Source: an uncultured Clostridium sp. (GTDB lineage: Bacteria > Bacillota > Clostridia > TANB77 > CAG-508). Taken from it: 64,000 bases of DNA. The translations under genes were made by a program, and so were the position numbers. Within the stretch, counting starts at the first letter, position 1. Each line of letters opens with the position of its first letter. This document shows, one piece after another, positions 62,901-64,000 of this stretch. The notes below the pieces were generated by a model, which was not told where the DNA came from, ran no database searches, and worked only from the letters and a program-made list of their open reading frames with translations. Where the stretch lies: positions 28,177 through 92,176 of the forward strand of contig CABUGH010000001.1 in NCBI GenBank assembly GCA_902491155.1, written 5' to 3'.

Positions 62901-64000
62901 GTTTTTCCTTTTCCTCCATCTAAGAATACAGTACCTTCAATATCAACAGATTCTGCTTTATTTGGTACAGTAACTGTATCATCATCAACAAGAGTAATTC
63001 CATTTGCATTTTCTACATAATATCCAGTTGGCGCTTCTACTTCATAAGCTTCATACTCACCATTTCTAAGATTTTCTAATTTTATCATACCTAATGCATC
63101 TGTAACAAATATATTTGCTTTTTGCTCAGTATCTAGTTCTAATGAAGAATTTAACCACTTATTTTCTGTTTTATTTTTTATTTTAAATTTTGCACCCTGT
63201 AATGCTTTATTTTCATTATCTGCATCACATTTATAAATATTAAAACTTAAAGTTTTTAAAGTGTTATAAACTTCTGTAACTTCATTTTTCTCTAATTCTA
63301 TGCCATTTCCTTCTGTTACAATATATCCCTCTGGTGCCTGAATTTCATATGCCACATATGTTGCATCAATAGGAACATCATCTATTTCTATTAATCCGTC
63401 TTTATCTGTAGTAAATTCTGCTGCTTCAGCCTCAGCAACTAATTCACTTTTTGCATTTAAATATTTTCCTGTTTTTTCATCTTTTATTTTAAACACTGCA
63501 CCCTGTAATGGTTTATTTGTTTCATCATCTAATTTTTTAATTGTTAAACTTATACTTTTTGTATTCGGAATAACAGTAGTATCATCTGCCTCTAATGATA
63601 TTCCATCAGCATACGAAACAGTATATCCTTCTGGTGCCTCTACTTCATATGCTTTATAATCACCTGCTGGAACATCTTTTATACTAATAATACCTTTAGC
63701 ATTAGTTGTAAATTTATATGCATTCTGTGCAGCAACTAGTGCTCCAGATGAATTCAAATATTTTTTTGTTTTTTCGTCTCTAATCTTAAACACTGCACCT
63801 TTTAAAGGAACCTTTGTTTTACTATCAATTTTCTTTATTTGTAAATCAATATTAGTATCTTGTGGATTACCTATTGGAGTCTTTGCATTCATTTTTAAAG
63901 TAACTCCTGTAGACCTACCAACATATCCATCAGGTACTTTAGTCTCATAAGCAATATATGTAGCCTTTTTAATTTTAGGAATATTAATTTCTCCTTTTTC
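59960..64000 (-). CDS. Giant cell-surface protein with tandem Cna-B/SpaA-type (isopeptide-fold) domains and a C-terminal sorting signal (HPPTG + TM + KKKALK). The N-terminus lies beyond the window.
   Basis: At least 4 N-terminal repeats follow the KGAVFKI[KR]DEKTxKYL...DGxIxIxDVPxGxYxAYEVEAPEGY pattern. The reading frame is open upstream of the track's Met through position 64000. Confidence 0.8.
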   Translation of the reverse strand, partial: EKGEINIPKIKKATYIAYETKVPDGYVGRSTGVTLKMNAKTPIGNPQDTNIDLQIKKIDSKTKVPLKGAVFKIRDEKTKKYLNSSGALVAAQNAYKFTTNAKGIISIKDVPAGDYKAYEVEAPEGYTVSYADGISLEADDTTVIPNTKSISLTIKKLDDETNKPLQGAVFKIKDEKTGKYLNAKSELVAEAEAAEFTTDKDGLIEIDDVPIDATYVAYEIQAPEGYIVTEGNGIELEKNEVTEVYNTLKTLSFNIYKCDADNENKALQGAKFKIKNKTENKWLNSSLELDTEQKANIFVTDALGMIKLENLRNGEYEAYEVEAPTGYYVENANGITLVDDDTVTVPNKAESVDIEGTVFLDGGKGKTNIRNDICEDGEGINGVRVILKKGDEKVAEVSSGYDSRGNSTGKDGKYKFYGEDLKIAKTELSSYKVIFEYNGIKYENVATSFANNGSKASESSEDRSYMNWKYSTVTSNSKIDANGRSINNSVSGSTVEYKYSQYPNEGRYESKVIYETNAKDDKGHSYDNTYYANDKYHITASTQNAKYDLSKQNIVDKTISNVNFGIYERDLPDMAIKDKLYAAQVDLTRQDYGKTYSHVYEYNRNDNFDIKVRMSDVYNKSLERELYKSDILYNNQNQESLKLYLTYEIVVQNQNTSINTTVNNIVNYFDSGLTLVGVSNSASIDKNAGVINYGQGVQYSSVEKYNNEYNKVNINIGSNTTIYVRYQVNQEKLLSLVNLNPGQGVNIAANVSEINSCSAQKNGKPYTAIDNDSAVGNADPSRRLQTVEDDLGWAPDVNLMISSKTRITSGVVFEDHTDQEFKEGQERKGDGILNSQDTKRVSGVKVKLIDIGANSNVANVAYRYADSGISELTTETKNDGSYELSGFLPGNYVVVYQYGNAQYPVQQYQATIYDKNRESSNYKSHNVNWYKENVNTRYSDAMDVYDNFDEYYKLSMLNDGSKKRTDIEKTWANGDNVQHLKYDTSIDSNLKIDAFTPSMEFLYEKDNRFTENAENAAEPDYTINNIDFGIVERARYKVQVDDKINKILLKSSDGNTIKEIVPSADMNVPNVKYLPSTGRTSKTQKAVKGSLEMELDSEILQRAELYVEYGFTVTNKSELDYNTKDYYRNGTRGTDSNIVRVTVSNMINYVDNELFYDDNSQMLTDSTKNSDYKWNKMNWKTDASKWIAEDVKEKLTNSSTNDSTYTTVLLGQYFDRSALKPGQTSQPTKLLVNRTLTPTQDDMKYSDWTEIVEVTKTWGREIYKQDTNGTFGETLGNFNPNQPDPADVNNKNPGTNKEPDFHYPEDIIIHPPTGISKSLILYTVLGITVLVVLAVGIIIIKKKALK

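Noticed and set aside
1-64000. A search for a CRISPR array, rRNA or tRNA genes
   Set aside because: No regularly spaced direct repeats and no tRNA- or rRNA-like segments were found by eye. All sizeable non-coding regions were inspected.

Overview
This is a low-GC (about 27%) window from a spore-forming Firmicute that looks clostridial. Nearly all genes run on the minus strand. Housekeeping content is syntenic: rpoC (partial) and rpoB, a P-type ATPase, xth, tatD, acpS, spoIIE, the radC-mreBCD-pbp2-minC cluster, a mecA-like adaptor, an M23 peptidase, two CotF-like coat genes, pcrA, prfA, a yhaO/yhaN-like SbcCD pair and murF. Interspersed are accessory features. (1) A ~6.0 kb element carrying a large serine recombinase is inserted precisely inside a ZIP-family zinc transporter gene. 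It is flanked by an 11-bp direct repeat, and seamless excision would rebuild the intact ORF, in the manner of the skin element. Its cargo is a NUDIX hydrolase, a RhuM-family protein and two unknown proteins. (2) Three giant surface proteins of 1430 aa, 1639 aa and >1340 aa (partial) carry SdrD/Cna-B-type domains, a thioester-domain-like Cys/Gln motif pair, and non-LPXTG sorting signals of the (S/P)xTG type. No sortase is encoded nearby. (3) A ~150-nt structured intergenic element occurs twice, with compensatory wobble changes, each time next to a bidirectional terminator. (4) A frameshifted type IV coupling protein gene points to a decayed conjugative element. (5) A prepilin-like N-terminus is fused to an FGE/SUMF1 domain. 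All calls rest on reading the translated ORFs and the DNA itself; no database searches were run.
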